Below, one piece after another: positions 1 to 12,849 of a stretch of DNA of 64,000 nucleotides; the first letter of the stretch is position 1, and each line of letters starts with the position of its first letter. The stretch spans positions 19,716,001 to 19,780,000 of the forward strand of contig OZ360248.1 in the NCBI GenBank assembly GCA_977017645.1. The letters run 5' to 3'. Origin of the DNA: Torpedo marmorata (lineage: Eukaryota). The notes below the pieces were generated by a model. The model was not told the DNA's origin, did no database searches, and saw nothing but the letters and a program-made list of their open reading frames with translations. A program made the translations under genes and the position numbers.

Positions 1-392
1 GACAGCTTACATAGCCATGTTTACTTGGAGCTGAACCCTGATTGAGAGAGACACCATGCATTAATCTTGCTCAGGGACAACGTGTCTTAAAATGAATTGC
101 CCAGGTCTAAAGCCAAAGGCTTTCCTGCTCATACTGAAAAGGTAACAAGAGATGACCTTAATTCCTATTAAGAAGAACTCTTCAGTGAAATGAGATAAAC
201 AAAGTGGGTGTACTTAACCTGGGTTCTGGGAGGACAACACCCTGAATTAAGTTAGGCTTTAACAGGGCTCTTAAATGATCTTCTGTTTGATTTTGTTCTT
301 TCTGTGTCACCTGAGCTTGCGTTCTTTGAGCACCACTTGCTTCTGTATGCCAAAAGAAAATGGACACCTTTTAATTAATGTTCTGCTAGTTA

Positions 393-3300
393 CACTGGAC
401 AACGAATATTTTGCTTCCTGTAACACCTTTGGGTGTATTTTATGGATTTTGGGCTGCTGATCATGAAAATCATCTTAAAATATACCTGTCACGCACCATT
501 TAGAACCATAGAACGCTACAGCACAGAAAACAGGCCATTCGGCCCCTCTAGTCTGTGCCGACCATCATCTCGCTAGTCCCACTGACCTGCTCCCATTCCA
601 TAACCCTCCAGACCTCTCCCATCCATGTATCTATCCAATTTATTCTTAAAATACAAGATCAAGCCCGCATTCACCACATCAGATGGCAGCTCATTCCACA
701 CTCCCACCACTCTCTGAGTGAAGAACTTCCCCCTAATGTTCCCCCTAAACCTTTCCCCTTTCAGCTTAAAACTATGACCTCTCGTATTTATCTCCCCCAA
801 TCTAAGTGGAAAAAGCCTACTCACATCCTATACCCCTCATAATCTTGTAAACCTCTATCAAATCTCCCCTCATTCTTCTTCGCTCCAAGGAATAAAGTCC
901 TAACCTGTTTAATCTTTCCCTGTAACTCAACTCCTGAAGACCCGGCAACATCCTAGTAAATCTCTGCACTCTTTCAATCTTATTGACATCCTTCCTGTAG
1001 TTAGGTGACCAGAACTGCACACAATATTCCAAATTTGGCCTCACCAATGTCTTAAACAACTTCAACATAACATCCCAACTCAATACTTTGATTTATAAAG
1101 GCTAAGATGCCAAAAGCTTTCTTTACAACCCTGTCCTCCTGTGATGCCACCTTCAGGGAACAATGTATCTGTATTCCCAGATCCCTTTGCTCCTCCGCAC
1201 TCCTCAGCGCCCTACCATTTACTGTGTATGTCCTACCTTGGTTTGCCCTTAAAAAATGCAACACCTCACACTTGTCGGCAATAAACTCCATCTGCCATTT
1301 TTTGGCCCATTCTCCCAGTTGGTCCAGATCCCTCTGCAAGCTTTGAAAATCTTCCTCGTTGTCTACAACGCCTCCTATCTTTGTGTCATCAGCAAACTTG
1401 CTGATCCAATTTACCACATTATCATCCAGATCATTGATATAGACAACAAACAACAATGGTCCCAACACAGATCCCTGAGGCACACCACTAGTCACAGGCC
1501 TCCAGTCTGAGAAGCAATCATCCACTACCCCACTCTGTTTTATCCCACACAGCCAATTACGAATCCAGTTTACAACCTCTCCATAGATACCTAGTATCAT
1601 AACCTTCTGAACTAACCTCCCATGTGGGACCTTGTCAAAGGCTTTACTAAAGTCCATGTAGACAACATCCACAGCCTTTCCTTCATCTACCTTCCTGGTA
1701 ACCTCCTCGAAAAACTCTACAAGATTCGTTAAACACGACCTACCATGCACAAAGCCATGCTGACTGTCCTTAATCAGCCCATGACTGTCCAAATACCTAT
1801 ATATCCTGTCTCTCAGAACTCCCTCCAATAATTTACCTACTACTGACGTCAGGCTCACCGTCCTATAATTACCTGGTTTATTTTTGGAGCCTTTTTTAAA
1901 CAACGGCACAACATGAGCTACCCTCCAATCCTCCGGCACCTCACCCGTGGCTAAGGACATTTTGAATATATCAGCCAGGGCTCCTGAAATTTCTACACTA
2001 GTCTCCCTCAAGGTCCGAGGGAATATCATATCCGGCCCGGGAGATTTATCTACCTTTATTCGCTGTAAGGCAGCAAGCACCTCCTCCTCCTTAATCTCTA
2101 TATGTTCCATGACACTTCTGTTTGTTTCCCTTCCTTCCTTATAAACGATGCCAGTTTCCTGAGTAAATACTGATGCAAAAAGACTGTTTAAGATCTCCCC
2201 CATTACGTGAGGCTCCACACATAGTTGACCACTCTGATCCTCTAGGGGACCAATTTTGTCCCTTACTATCCTTTTACTCTTAATATACTTATAGAAACCC
2301 TTCGGGTTTACCTTCACATTATCTGCCAGAGCAACCTCATGTCTTCTTTTTGCCTTCCTGATTTCCTTCTTAAGTATTTTCTTGCTTTTTCTGTACTCTT
2401 CAAGTACCTCATTAGTTCCTTGTTGCCTATACTTGCTATACATCTCCCTCTTCTTCTTAACCAGATCACCAATATCCCTTGAAAACCAGGATTCCCTATG
2501 CCTGTAAACTTTGCCTTTCATCCTAACAGGAACATGCAAACTCTGCACTCTCAAGATTTCGCCTTTGAAGGCCATTCACTTACTTAACACACCCTTGCCA
2601 GAAAACAACTTATCCCAATCCACTCTTCCTAGATTCTTTCTCATTTCCACAAAATTTGCCTTCCTCCAATTTAGAATCCCAACATGAGGACCAGACTTAT
2701 CCTTTTCCATAATTAACTTGAAGCTAATGACATTATGGTCACTGGACCCAAAATGTTCACCAACACATACATCTATCACCTGACCTGTCTTGTTCCCTAG
2801 CCATCCAGCCCTTTTACAGTATGGGAGTCCTAGTCAATATTTGGGAAGTTAAAATCTCCTACTATCACAACGTTCTGCTTCTTACATTGGTCTGCTATCT
2901 CTCTATAGATTTGCTCCTCCAATTCTCTCTATTGGGTGGTCTATAATACAACCCTATCAGTGTGGTCACACCTTTCCCGTTCCTCAACTACACCCATATG
3001 GCCTCTGTAGACAAGTCCTCCTGGCTGTCCTGACTTCGCACAACTGAGATATTTTCCCTGACAAGCAATGCCACTCCTCCCCCTTTCAACGGAACCCAGG
3101 AACATTTAGATGCAAGTCCTGCCAGTCCTGCCCCTCCTGCAACCAAGTCTCACTATATATATAAAACCTATTTTTGTGATTTCCTGTCATATTTTAAGTC
3201 CACTTCAAGCACATAAAACCATGAAGTGCAACATGGCATTGAAAATTCATTTTCTACATTCGCACTTGGACTTCTTCCCCGCTGCTCTTGGTGCAGTCAG

Positions 3301-3662
3301 TGACGAACATGGTGAAAGGTTTCACCAGGACATTGTGACCATGGAAAAGCGGTATCAGGGCAACTGGAATCCATCAATGCTGGCCGACTATTGTTGGACA
3401 CTGATGCGAGAGGCATCAGATGCTGAGTACAAACGAAAATCAGCTGCAAAACGTTTTTAGGTCAGTTGAACTAACGCAACGTGTCAGCATCATTATGCAA
3501 ATACACATGCTAAATTCAATAAAAGTTAATTTAATGTTTCTCCAACTTCCTACGTGATACAGCAAATGTGAAATTATGTTCGTGTTCAGCTTGAAGTTGT
3601 CCATCATAATCCCCATTTGTTTTTCAGGAAGCAAACTTTTTGAAAAAAATAGTTGTCCAGTG
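393..3662 (+). mobile_element. Chapaev3-like (CMC superfamily) DNA transposon, internally deleted, split by a CR1 LINE at ~501-3153; transposase C-terminus at ~3205-3460
   Basis: Termini CACTGGACAAC...GTTGTCCAGTG with TTA on both sides (390-392, 3663-3665). Peptide LKIHFLHSHLDFFP..LGAVSDEHGERFHQDI..MEKRYQG.W...MLADYCW. 393-500 plus 3155-3205 match the reverse complement of ~6240-6398. Confidence 0.75.
501..3153 (-). mobile_element. CR1-clade LINE (HER1-like), 5'-truncated, ORF2 broken by frameshifts/stops
   Basis: ORFs 2576-2779, 1052-2575, 817-1083 and 573-824 carry CR1 motifs (GSSDHN, KSPGPD, YMDFSKAFDKVPH, GVPQGSVLGP, KFADDTK, RPNLEYCVQFWSP); 3' TTCTATGGTTCTA tail at 501. Confidence 0.93.
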
Positions 3663-3741
3663 TTATGGGTACCATTGATAGCGGTAACTTCTCATGATGG
3701 GGTAGGGACGGATGCTATGGAGGGATGAACTTTAGGGGAAC

Positions 3742-4059
3742 ACTTAAAAAAAGCAGCCTCTATCCTCAAAGACCCCCACCACCCAGGTCATGCCCTCTTC
3801 ACTCTGCTTCCATCGGGAAAAAGGTACAGGAGCCTAAAGTCGAGCACTCAACGGCACAAGGACAGCTTCTTCCCCGCTGCCATCAGATTCCTGAATAATC
3901 AATGAACCAAAGACACTGCCTTACTTTTCGTGCACTATTGTTTATAATTTTTATAGTAATGTCGTAAGATGGTTAATATGAATGTTAATTGCACTATGAT
4001 GCTGCCGCAAAAAACACCGAATTTCATGATTTGTTCATGACAATAAATTCTGATTCTGA
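3742..4059 (+). mobile_element. Rex1/Babar-type LINE 3' fragment (ATTCTG-tail subfamily)
   Basis: Nearly identical to ~40046-40366; encodes KAASILKDPHHPGHALF..LPSGKRYRS; tail ATAAATTCTGATTCTG. Confidence 0.8.
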
Positions 4060-4255
4060 ATTAGCTTCAAACAATTGCTCAGGATACAATTTTAGGGCTG
4101 GGACCAGTAGGGGAAGAGGGCACAGGGGCAGTGGAGGGAGGGAGTGTGTACTACCCCTCCACATGATAGGGGCACATTAATGGCAATTGAGAAAACATAT
4201 GGCTGCCTAGAGCTGCGTGCCATCCTCCGAAGAAAGCATCCATAACACTCACCCT

Positions 4256-4997
4256 TTCAGATTTCAGATGTATTGTCAGAGTATATACGTGACATCACAT
4301 ACAACCCTGAGATTCTTTTTCCTGCGGGCGAGGCAGAATTACCACTGATTGGTAGTGTAAAAAAAAACTGTACTCAACGTACACATGTAAACAAATAAAG
4401 AAAAGTAAACAAACTGACTGTGCAAAACAGAGAGAAAAAAATCAATACAGTGCAAACGTAAGAGACCTTAAATAGGACCCTGATTGAGTTTGTTGTTGAG
4501 GAGTCTGATGGTGGAGGGGTAGCAGCTGTTCCTGAACCTGGTGGTGCGAGTCTTGTGGCACCTGTACCTCTTTCCTGATGGCAGCAGCGAGAACAGAGCA
4601 TGTGCTGGATGATTGCTGCTGCTCTCCGACAACATCGTTCCCTGTAGATATTCTCGATGGTTGGGAGGGTTTTGCCTGTGATATCCTGGACTGTGTCCAC
4701 TACCTTTTGCAGGGCTCTACGCTCAGGAGTATTGGTGTTCCCATACCAGACCGTGATGCAGCCGGTCAGTGCACTTTCCACTACACGTCTGTAGAAATTT
4801 GTGAGGGTTTCCGATGTCATACCAAACCTCCGCAAACTCCTGAGGAAGTAGAGGCGCTGACGTGCTTTCTTCACGATGCCATTAGTGTGTTGGGTCCAGG
4901 AAAGACCCTCCGAGATAGTGATCCCCAAGAACTTAAATTTGCTCACCCTCTCCTCCTCTGATCCCTCAATGATCTCTGGGTCGTACACCTCTGGTTT
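4256..4997 (-). mobile_element. Rex1/Babar-type LINE 3' fragment (ATCTGAA-tail subfamily)
   Basis: ORF 4374-4988: ERVSKFKFLGITISE.LSW..H...IVKKARQRLYFLRSLRRFG; 3' UTR shared with copies at 13-14 kb, 38.7 kb and 56-58 kb. Confidence 0.85.
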
Positions 4998-5322
4998 GCT
5001 TCATCAGATGTGGAGACTGGCAGGATGGAGGGGTGACGGGGAAATGCACTCTCTGTTCGCTACCCATCTTGCTTTCTTCAGCACCATACCACATAACACA
5101 CACTCTTTCATCCATCCTCCTGCTTTTACTGTGACAGTCACAAGCCCCTGCTCCACTGCAGACTGTGCACCCCTTTCATGTGACCCTGTCTCCCTCTCAG
5201 GGGATCCACAGCACTATTTCGAACAGAAAACCTTGATGCGCTGCTGTTTGTGGGGTCTTGCTCTGCTCAAATTGCCTTTGCACCTCTGACATTACAACAG
5301 CGATTACACATTTAATTTTTTA

Positions 5323-5561
5323 ATTAATTTAGACATACAGCACGGTAACAGGCCCTTCCGGCCCAAGAGCACGTGCCGCCCAATTAACCTACAACCCTCG
5401 TAGGTTTTTTTGAAGGGTGGGAGGAAACCGGAGGACCCGGAGGAAACCCATGCAGACACAGGGAGAACATACAAACTCCTTACAGACAGCGTCGGATTCG
5501 AACCTGGGTCGTTGGCGCTACAATAGCGTTGTGCTAACCGCAACGCTAATCGTGCTGCCCA
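5323..5561 (-). mobile_element. tRNA-derived V-SINE (HE1-like)
   Basis: Minus strand reads GGGCAGCACG.TTAGCG..GCGGTTAGC (A box), GGTTCGAATCC (B box), central GGAGTTTGTA.GTTCTCCC.GTGTCTGC.TGGGTTTCCTCCGGG, AT-rich tail. Confidence 0.85.
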
Positions 5562-5584
5562 TAGACTCCAGGATGTTGAAATTA

Positions 5585-6398
5585 CACTGGACAACAATTT
5601 TTTTCAAAAGGTTTGCTTCCTGAAAAAAAATTGGGGGTTATGATAGACAACTTCAAGCTGAACACAAAGATAATTTCACATTTGCTGTATCACGTAGGGA
5701 ATTGGAGAAACATTAAATGAACTTTTATTGAATTTAGCATGTTTAATTGCATAATGTATCTCTGAGCCAAGCTCTCGGGTTGACTGCACAAGTTGCACAA
5801 CAATGTGAGGAGCCCAGAGTTTGTCTTGGTCACCAATTTTACAACCAAAGTAGAGCTCATAGGTTTTCTTAATATGTGCAGTCATGCTGCGTCTTTGAGC
5901 CTTAAGCGTATACTCGCCACAAATGTAACTGAATGTATCGCAGCTGTTGCGACATTGACGAGACATTCCTGCTGCATTGAATCTTCCTGAAGACAATAAA
6001 TGCGACTGTTAAGTACACTCACTATGCTATTGCCTGAAGAACACGTGCATCAACATGCGTTCAATCTATAATCAATGTAATGCACAGCATCTGGATATGT
6101 GAGCTGGTTTTATAGCCTGTCTGCACCTATCCTGACTAAGCATGCCCAGGCCTAAGACAACATTTGCATAGCACCTGCACTGAGTGCATGCCCTGGCATG
6201 CTTCGACTGACCAAAACAGTTTGGTTTGTGGGCAATATACAAGTAGACCTAAAATATGACAGGAAATCACAGAAATAGGTTATGTCTAAAAAACGGTACG
6301 TGATAGGAAAATGTTAAGGTGATTTTCGTGATCAGCAGCCCAAAATCCATAAAATACACCCAAAAGTGTTCAGGCAGCAAAACCTTCATTGTCCAGTG
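5585..6398 (-). mobile_element. Second Chapaev3-like deletion derivative retaining the transposase N-terminal zinc-finger region
   Basis: CACTGGACAA termini with TTA on both sides (5582-5584, 6399-6401); ORF 5676-5996 has C.NSCDTFSYICGEYTLK..RR.....KKTYELYFGCKIGDQDK.WAPH; 5585-5755 matches the reverse complement of ~3490-3662. Confidence 0.75.
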
Positions 6399-7064
6399 TT
6401 ATTAAATGGTACTGCATTAATGCAAATCTCCCTTCTTCTTCTCTGCCAACCTAACTTGCCTGAAGCAAAGCAAATTACAGACATTGAAAAACAACTTACT
6501 GACCGTCTAAGGCTCAGAATGAATGAATGAAAAGTCTTCATCCAAATCAGACTCAGATGCTTTTTTTCCCCTCAGTAATCAAATGAGCCCTGTATGGTCG
6601 TGCAACAAGCTACGCTTTGCTTTCACTCAACTCCCTCCTTCTCGCTCACTGCCTGTTGAAACTGCCCAGAATCGAATCCATGATGCGTTTAGTTGGAATT
6701 GTGCAGAGAAGGCTTTTCCCTGATTGAATTACCTGTGCCTATGCTCCGCTAGATCTCACATTATCCAATTTGTACTGTTTGACAATACTTTTTTTTAAAA
6801 GAAATGCTTTTGGGAAATTAAACTTGGCTGGTTTTGTCCCTGATATCTTAATCAGTGAGCATCGATATGTTGAACTGCGGCTCACTAAACAATTTCCCAA
6901 TTCATAACATGAATCACAGGCTTCAAAGTGATTAACATTTAAACGTAGATATGCCCAGACTCTTCAATGATGATTCAAAAGTCTGAAATTTTCCAACCAA
7001 TTTCACCTTAACTACAAAAAAACATTTGTAGTTATTTAAACTTTTAACTGCTTTCAAATAGACT

Positions 7065-7440
7065 GTAAAAACACAGAAATGCTGGAGGAACTCATCAGGT
7101 CTCACAGCGTCCATAGTGGGTAGAGATATATAACCGACGTTTCGGGCCTGAGCCCTTCTTCAAGGTATGAGTAAAAAGCAGGCAGGCGCCTGAATTAAAA
7201 GGCTGGGGAGAAGGAAAGAAAGGGCGGGGGAGGAGTACAGACCGACAGACAAAAGGTGATAATTGGACAGGGATAGGAGGACAGGACAGAGGAAAGGTGA
7301 GAATTGATTGGGGGCGGTGGGGGGGGGGGTTGGCTCTGTGAGTGCAGAGCTGTGGGAAAGGCGACAGAGGGGAAAGGGAAAGAGACATAGAGCTAAAGGA
7401 GAGGAGACATAGGGATGGATGGGGAGGGGGCTAATGGAAT
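7065..7440 (-). mobile_element. Penelope-like element 3' terminal repeat with hammerhead-like motif
   Basis: Related to 36960-37180 and 57420-57680; minus strand reads CATACC-TTGAAGA-AGGGCTCAGGCCC-GAAACGTC-GGTTAT. Confidence 0.7.
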
Positions 7441-7513
7441 CGGGAAATAGACTGTATTTAGAGATACTCCATCTTTACAGCCTTGTACATTGATCTGTTT
7501 TTTACGTTCACAT

Positions 7514-7763
7514 TGGGCGGCACGGTTAGCATAGTGGTTAGCACAACGCTGTTACAGCGCCAGCGATCGGTACGGGGGTTCGAATCCTGCACTGTCTATA
7601 AGGAGTTTGTACGTTCTCCCCGTGTCTGCGTGGGTTTCCTCCGGGGGCTTCGGTTTCCTCCCACCGTTTGAAACGTACCGGGGGGTGTAATTGGGCAGCA
7701 CGGGCTCGTGGACCGAAATGGCCTGTTACCGTGCTGTATGTGTAAAATAAATAAATTTAAAAT
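7514..7763 (+). mobile_element. V-SINE (HE1-like)
   Basis: GGGCGGCACGGTTAGCATAGTGGTTAGC...GGTTCGAATCC, same central domain and tail as the other copies. Confidence 0.85.
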
Positions 7764-8136
7764 TCACCCACACAGAAAGAAGCAATAGTGGTTCAATGTG
7801 TTGTTCTCTTGCCTGGGTCAGTAGGGTGCGAGAGTCCAATGTGACTCTACAGACTTTACATCGATGCTCCTGTGCAGGTGCTACTAAACCATGGTCCCAT
7901 CTGCTCTCTCCAGTGGACATAAATTACCACTATTTATAGACAGTCAAGGGAGGGCTGGGGCCAATATTCATCCATCAATCACCATCATGATCTGGTAATT
8001 ATCATGTTGCTGTTTGTGGGATCTTGGTGTTGACATAGGTGCTGTAATTTCTGCATTATCATAATGGCTTAATTTCAAAAGTACTTTAGTGAGTATAAAG
8101 GGTTTGGAAATGTCTTAAGGTTGTGAGATACATGTA

Positions 8137-8461
8137 CAGTTAAAGTCCAAAAATCTAGATGTCAAAATCTGGACCACCTGAGAATCCGGATTCTTGAAAA
8201 CTTTAGCGGGTTTTTGTGTGCGTGCGTGCGTAAGCGCCACAGACGCACAGAAGTCGTGGAAATGAACGAATAAATATTCATTTGTTTTTTTTGTACTTTG
8301 TATTTTATATGAAAAAAAATTTTGTTAATACAGTATCAAAATTCACCTGTTCATCTCTTCTTTATTCTCCTTAAATTTGAATTTTAAAAGTACTGCCCGA
8401 GAATCCGGAAAATCCGAAACGACCCAATCCCCGAGCAGTCCAGATTTTAGGACTTTTACTG
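8137..8461. mobile_element. Tc1/mariner (pogo/Tigger-like) MITE
   Basis: Inverted ends CAGTTAAAGTCCAAAAATCT / AGATTTTAGGACTTTTACTG; TA on the left, CA on the right; repeated AATCCGGA motifs; no ORF. Confidence 0.6.
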
Positions 8462-9275
8462 CATTGTGTTTCTTTTGAATTTTAAGTAGATTAGGTATTT
8501 CACCTTGAGGACATATCTAAATGAGCCCAATAGACACCTGCCTCTTGCTGGATTCAGAGCAAAGTGAGGTCTTCCAGCACAGGATGTTTACCAATGAAAG
8601 GACACTTTCCAACACATTGGTTTCAGGCAGAAGCACAGCAGGAAATTACTCATGAACTTTCTCACAATTCCAGCATTGCAGTTTCAAAGTTACTGAGTGT
8701 CCGACTGAGTGAGCGAGGAGATTATCCTGACCAACCCCGTTTTCAACGGTCTAGTAGAGAGGGAAGGGGTGGCAATGACAAGCTATTTGAAATCTGATAA
8801 AAGTGCTTTGGTTTTAAAAGTGCCACAGCCTCTCTCACGGATGTCTCCCTGGGACGAGCAGAAGCAATCAGTCGGTGCCACAAAGCACTGGGGTTAGCAA
8901 ATCCCTTGATGAGTGGCATTATTTATTAAAATCTGCGCTTTCAATGTGTCCGAAGCAAAACACAGCAACATGTAAAATATGATGCATGGCATGCTGCAAA
9001 CAGACAAAACAGTGCTCTGGCTCAACATCTACTGGCACTGGAAATAGGCAGTGATTCTGCAGTCAATAACCAAGCATTGCTTAGTCTTCATTGCAATTTA
9101 TGAACTAGGTCACTGAGGCTCAAGTGTACATTATCTGTCTTCATCAAGTGAAACAAAGAGGAAAAGAGAGAAATGGACAGGGGCAGGCAGGTTGAGAGAG
9201 AGACACGTACACAAGGAGTTAGTGAGACAAAGACATGGGCAGGCAGGAGGGACAGTGCGAGAACAAACAAAAGCG

Positions 9276-10081
9276 NNNNNNNNNNNNNNNNNNNNNNNNN
9301 NNNNNNNNNNNNNNNNNNNNNNNNNNNNNNNNNNNNNNNNNNNNNNNNNNNNNNNNNNNNNNNNNNNNNNNNNNNNNNNNNNNNNNNNNNNNNNNNNNNN
9401 NNNNNNNNNNNNNNNNNNNNNNNNNNNNNNNNNNNNNNNNNNNNNNNNNNNNNNNNNNNNNNNNNNNNNNNNNNNNNNNNNNNNNNNNNNNNNNNNNNNN
9501 NNNNNNNNNNNNNNNNNNNNNNNNNNNNNNNNNNNNNNNNNNNNNNNNNNNNNNNNNNNNNNNNNNNNNNNNNNNNNNNNNNNNNNNNNNNNNNNNNNNN
9601 NNNNNNNNNNNNNNNNNNNNNNNNNNNNNNNNNNNNNNNNNNCACAGANNNNNNNNNNNNNNNNNNNNNNNNNNNNNNNNNNNNNNNNNNNNNNNNNNNN
9701 NNNNNNNNNNNNNNNNNNNNNNNNNNNNNNNNNNNNNNNNNNNNNNNNNNNNNNNNNNNNNNNNNNNNNNNNNNNNNNNNNNNNNNNNNNNNNNNNNNNN
9801 NNNNNNNNNNNNNNNNNNNNNNNNNNNNNNNNNNNNNNNNNNNNNNNNNNNNNNNNNNNNNNNNNNNNNNNNNNNNNNNNNNNNNNNNNNNNNNNNNNNN
9901 NNNNNNNNNNNNNNNNNNNNNNNNNNNNNNNNNNNNNNNNNNNNNNNNNNNNNNNNNNNNNNNNNNNNNNNNNNNNNNNNNNNNNNNNNNNNNNNNNNNN
10001 NNNNNNNNNNNNNNNNNNNNNNNNNNNNNNNNNNNNNNNNNNNNNNNNNNNNNNNNNNNNNNNNNNNNNNNNNNNNNNNNN
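9276..10081. other. Assembly gap (N run with a 7-nt island)
   Basis: Run of n; the X-rich ORFs here are artefacts. Confidence 0.99.
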
Positions 10082-11044
10082 AAAAAAATCTCTAAAGGCC
10101 TTTGAAATGAAACTAGTGTACTTGACTCAGGTCTCAGACCTAACCTGATGGATTTCTAAATAAAAAAAATGCAGGAATACTTATAAAAGGAGCCAAAACT
10201 AGGCTTGGGGTGTAGATAGCGAGGGGGGATGGGAAGAGAGACAGAGCGGCATACAATAGGATAAAGAAATATTTAATGTTTCTGATTCATGTGTTTTTAC
10301 CAGAATTTTTCGTGAAACCTTAATGCCATTGCCTTTTCTATAGACAATACTTACTGCACCCGCATAATGTTTAAAGGTTTTCACATTTACAGCTTTCAGC
10401 GTATTTTGCTTAATTTTCAAAGCCTGATTCCTAACTACTTTTTTTTATTAACTGCTCTAAATTCATGAGTAAATGGTAGCCTTGTCAGAGATGCCTACAT
10501 CTCCAGAATGGAAGGAATAGCTCCTTGTAACTGTGAGATTGTCAGAAACATTGGTACGGCAACACAGGATAGGTGAAAGTTCCTTCCAATCTATTTCAGC
10601 CACCAACCTTCACACACCACTGCAGAAAGTTCCCAGCAAAAGTACTAGAATCGACTTCTATACATAAAGTTCTGCTGTGTGATTGGGTTATGGGAGAGGT
10701 TTACTAAAGCCATTCAAAATAATGAAGGGTTTTGACAGAAGAGAGGGAGAAACTGATTCCGCTCACAAAGAGTTGAAAGTACAGGATGCCGGATTGAGGC
10801 AGAAAGAAAATAAGAGGGGAAAGGAGGTCTCCTGCTTTGCTCTCTAGGACTGCCCATTTAGAAGGGATACATACATCCTATGATGATTGGCTGTCAGATA
10901 AAAGTGGCCAGCACCTCCATAATATCAATGGAGATAATCTTAGTTTGGGCAAGGGGATTGGATGGTGCACCAGACGGCATATTTTGTTAGTTTTTCATGC
11001 ATGAAAAAAAACCCAAAACGTGCAAATTTTCCAATCTCAGAAAC

Positions 11045-11393
11045 AGGGGTATAGACAGAGTAAATGCAAGTAGGCTTTTCCCACTGAGGTTAGGTAAGAT
11101 ACAAACCAGAGGACATGGGTTAAGGGTGAAAGGGAAAATGTTTAGGGGGAACATTGGGGGGGAACTTCTTCACACAGAGAGTAGTGGGAGTGTTGAACGA
11201 ACTGCCAGCTGAAGTGGGTGAATGCGGGCTCAATTTTCACATTTAAGAAACATTTGGACAGGTACATGGATAGGAGGGGTACGGAGGGCTATGGCCTGGA
11301 TAGAGATCAGTGGGACAAGGCAGAATAATAGTTTGGCAAAGACTAGAAGAGCCGAAGGGCCTGTTTTCTGTGCTGTAATGTTCTATGGTTCTA
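11045..11393 (+). mobile_element. CR1 LINE 3' fragment
   Basis: RGIDRVNASRLFPLRLG.IQTRGH.L.VKG; ends GTTCTATGGTTCTA. Confidence 0.85.
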
Positions 11394-11744
11394 ACTAAAT
11401 GACAAACAACAGTAATCTAATGAAAGAAACCCAAACAATTGTATGTTTAAATATCAATGTAAAAAAAGACAGAGCTTGTTTTTTTAGGGTTAAGTATTAG
11501 CCAGGACACCAACACTCTTCAGATTTTTCAATGGAGTTGGTAGGGATCAGTTATGGGCCACAGATAATTGTTCTACGTGTTTTTAGGAAGGAATGGTCCT
11601 TACAATGAGTGGACGTGTCTGCTGGAGCAGTGTCTGTGGACATTGTCAGACAGCACCAAACAAGAACTCAAGAATCACATCTACATGAATGTTTGCCCAT
11701 GCCAGTCATTAAATCACTCGTGATACAAGAGAATTTCAGGAAGA

Positions 11745-12000
11745 ATGTGTGTGTATGTGTGTGTGTGTGTGTGTGAGACGTGAGTGTGCATGTGAGTGTG
11801 TGCAAGTGTGTGTGAAAGTGTGAATGTTTGAGAGTGCGTGTGAAAGTGTGTTGAGAGTGTGTGTGAGTGTGTGTATGAGTGTGTGTGTGAGAGTATGTGT
11901 GTGTGTGAGTGTGCATGTGTGTGAGAGAGTGTGTGTGCACGAGTGTGAGTGTGTGTGCGTGAGTTGCGTGTGCATGTGTGCGCGTGTGTGCGTGTGGATG
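11745..12000. repeat. Degenerate (TG)n microsatellite
   Basis: Visible TG/TGTGAG runs. Confidence 0.95.
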
Positions 12001-12589
12001 CGTGTATTTGCTTATTTACTGGGAAACCTCAACAATTCAGTTCATCAGCACTCCGGCCTGCAATTTAATCAAAATAATTAGTTTTGACATACAGTATAGC
12101 AATGTGGAATGCATTGGGATTTACACACAAGATGTTCCTCTCAAGATTTGCTTTTATTTATTGCTGGAACTAGAAGATAACCTACACCTACTCGATTGTA
12201 AACATTACGTGCAATGAATGACCGAGATGGGCGGAAGATGTCCCCAATTATTTTCTTTCCTGACAGCACTTCTCTCTAGGATACAAACCCAACTTCCAGT
12301 TCCCAGTGGATTCTTTACACATGCAGCTCTCAATAAGCATCGTTCGTCGGAGGCATCACTCTGCAGCCTGACCCGACTCAAGAAGCAGACAACAGAGCGC
12401 CACTAGTTACTAAAACTCTTTACTGGTTTGCTTCTTTTTATTTTAATCAGGCTAACTGTAATGAACCCTCACCCCACCCCAAATTCAATTCTTCCTGACA
12501 TGATTTTAAGCACAGAAACAGATCAATAGGCTCAAAGGTCCAAGGCTGTCTTCATTATACGCCACCCTCGTTATGTGGATCTAAATCTA

Positions 12590-12712
12590 GGGCGGCACAG
12601 TTAGTGTAGTGGTTAGCGCAACGCTGTTACAGCGCCAGCGACCGGGGTTCGAATCCGGCGCTGTCTGTGAGGAGTTTGTACGTTCTCCCCATGTCTGTGT
12701 GGGTTTTCTCCA
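12590..12712 (+). mobile_element. V-SINE 5' half
   Basis: A/B boxes and start of the central domain, then truncated. Confidence 0.8.
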
Positions 12713-12849
12713 AGGAAATCTAAACATAAGAAATTGGAGCAGGAGGAGGCCATCTGGCCCGTCGAGCCGGATTCAGATATCTTCAACATCTCATTTCCAA
12801 TAGGGCGTGGTATCCACCTGTTACAACCAGGTCTCAATTGTACCGATGC

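Noticed and set aside
8520-9170. Non-repetitive stretch that might be an exon or conserved non-coding element
   Set aside because: No recognisable peptide or RNA motif; cannot be assessed without alignments.
9088-10148. Long ORFs across the N run
   Set aside because: Artefacts of the assembly gap.
10199-10340. Minus-strand RKGNGIKVSRKILVKTH, loosely like a DNAJC4 last exon, with AG in phase 2
   Set aside because: Weak acceptor, low similarity, and the required intervening exon was not found between here and 41929.
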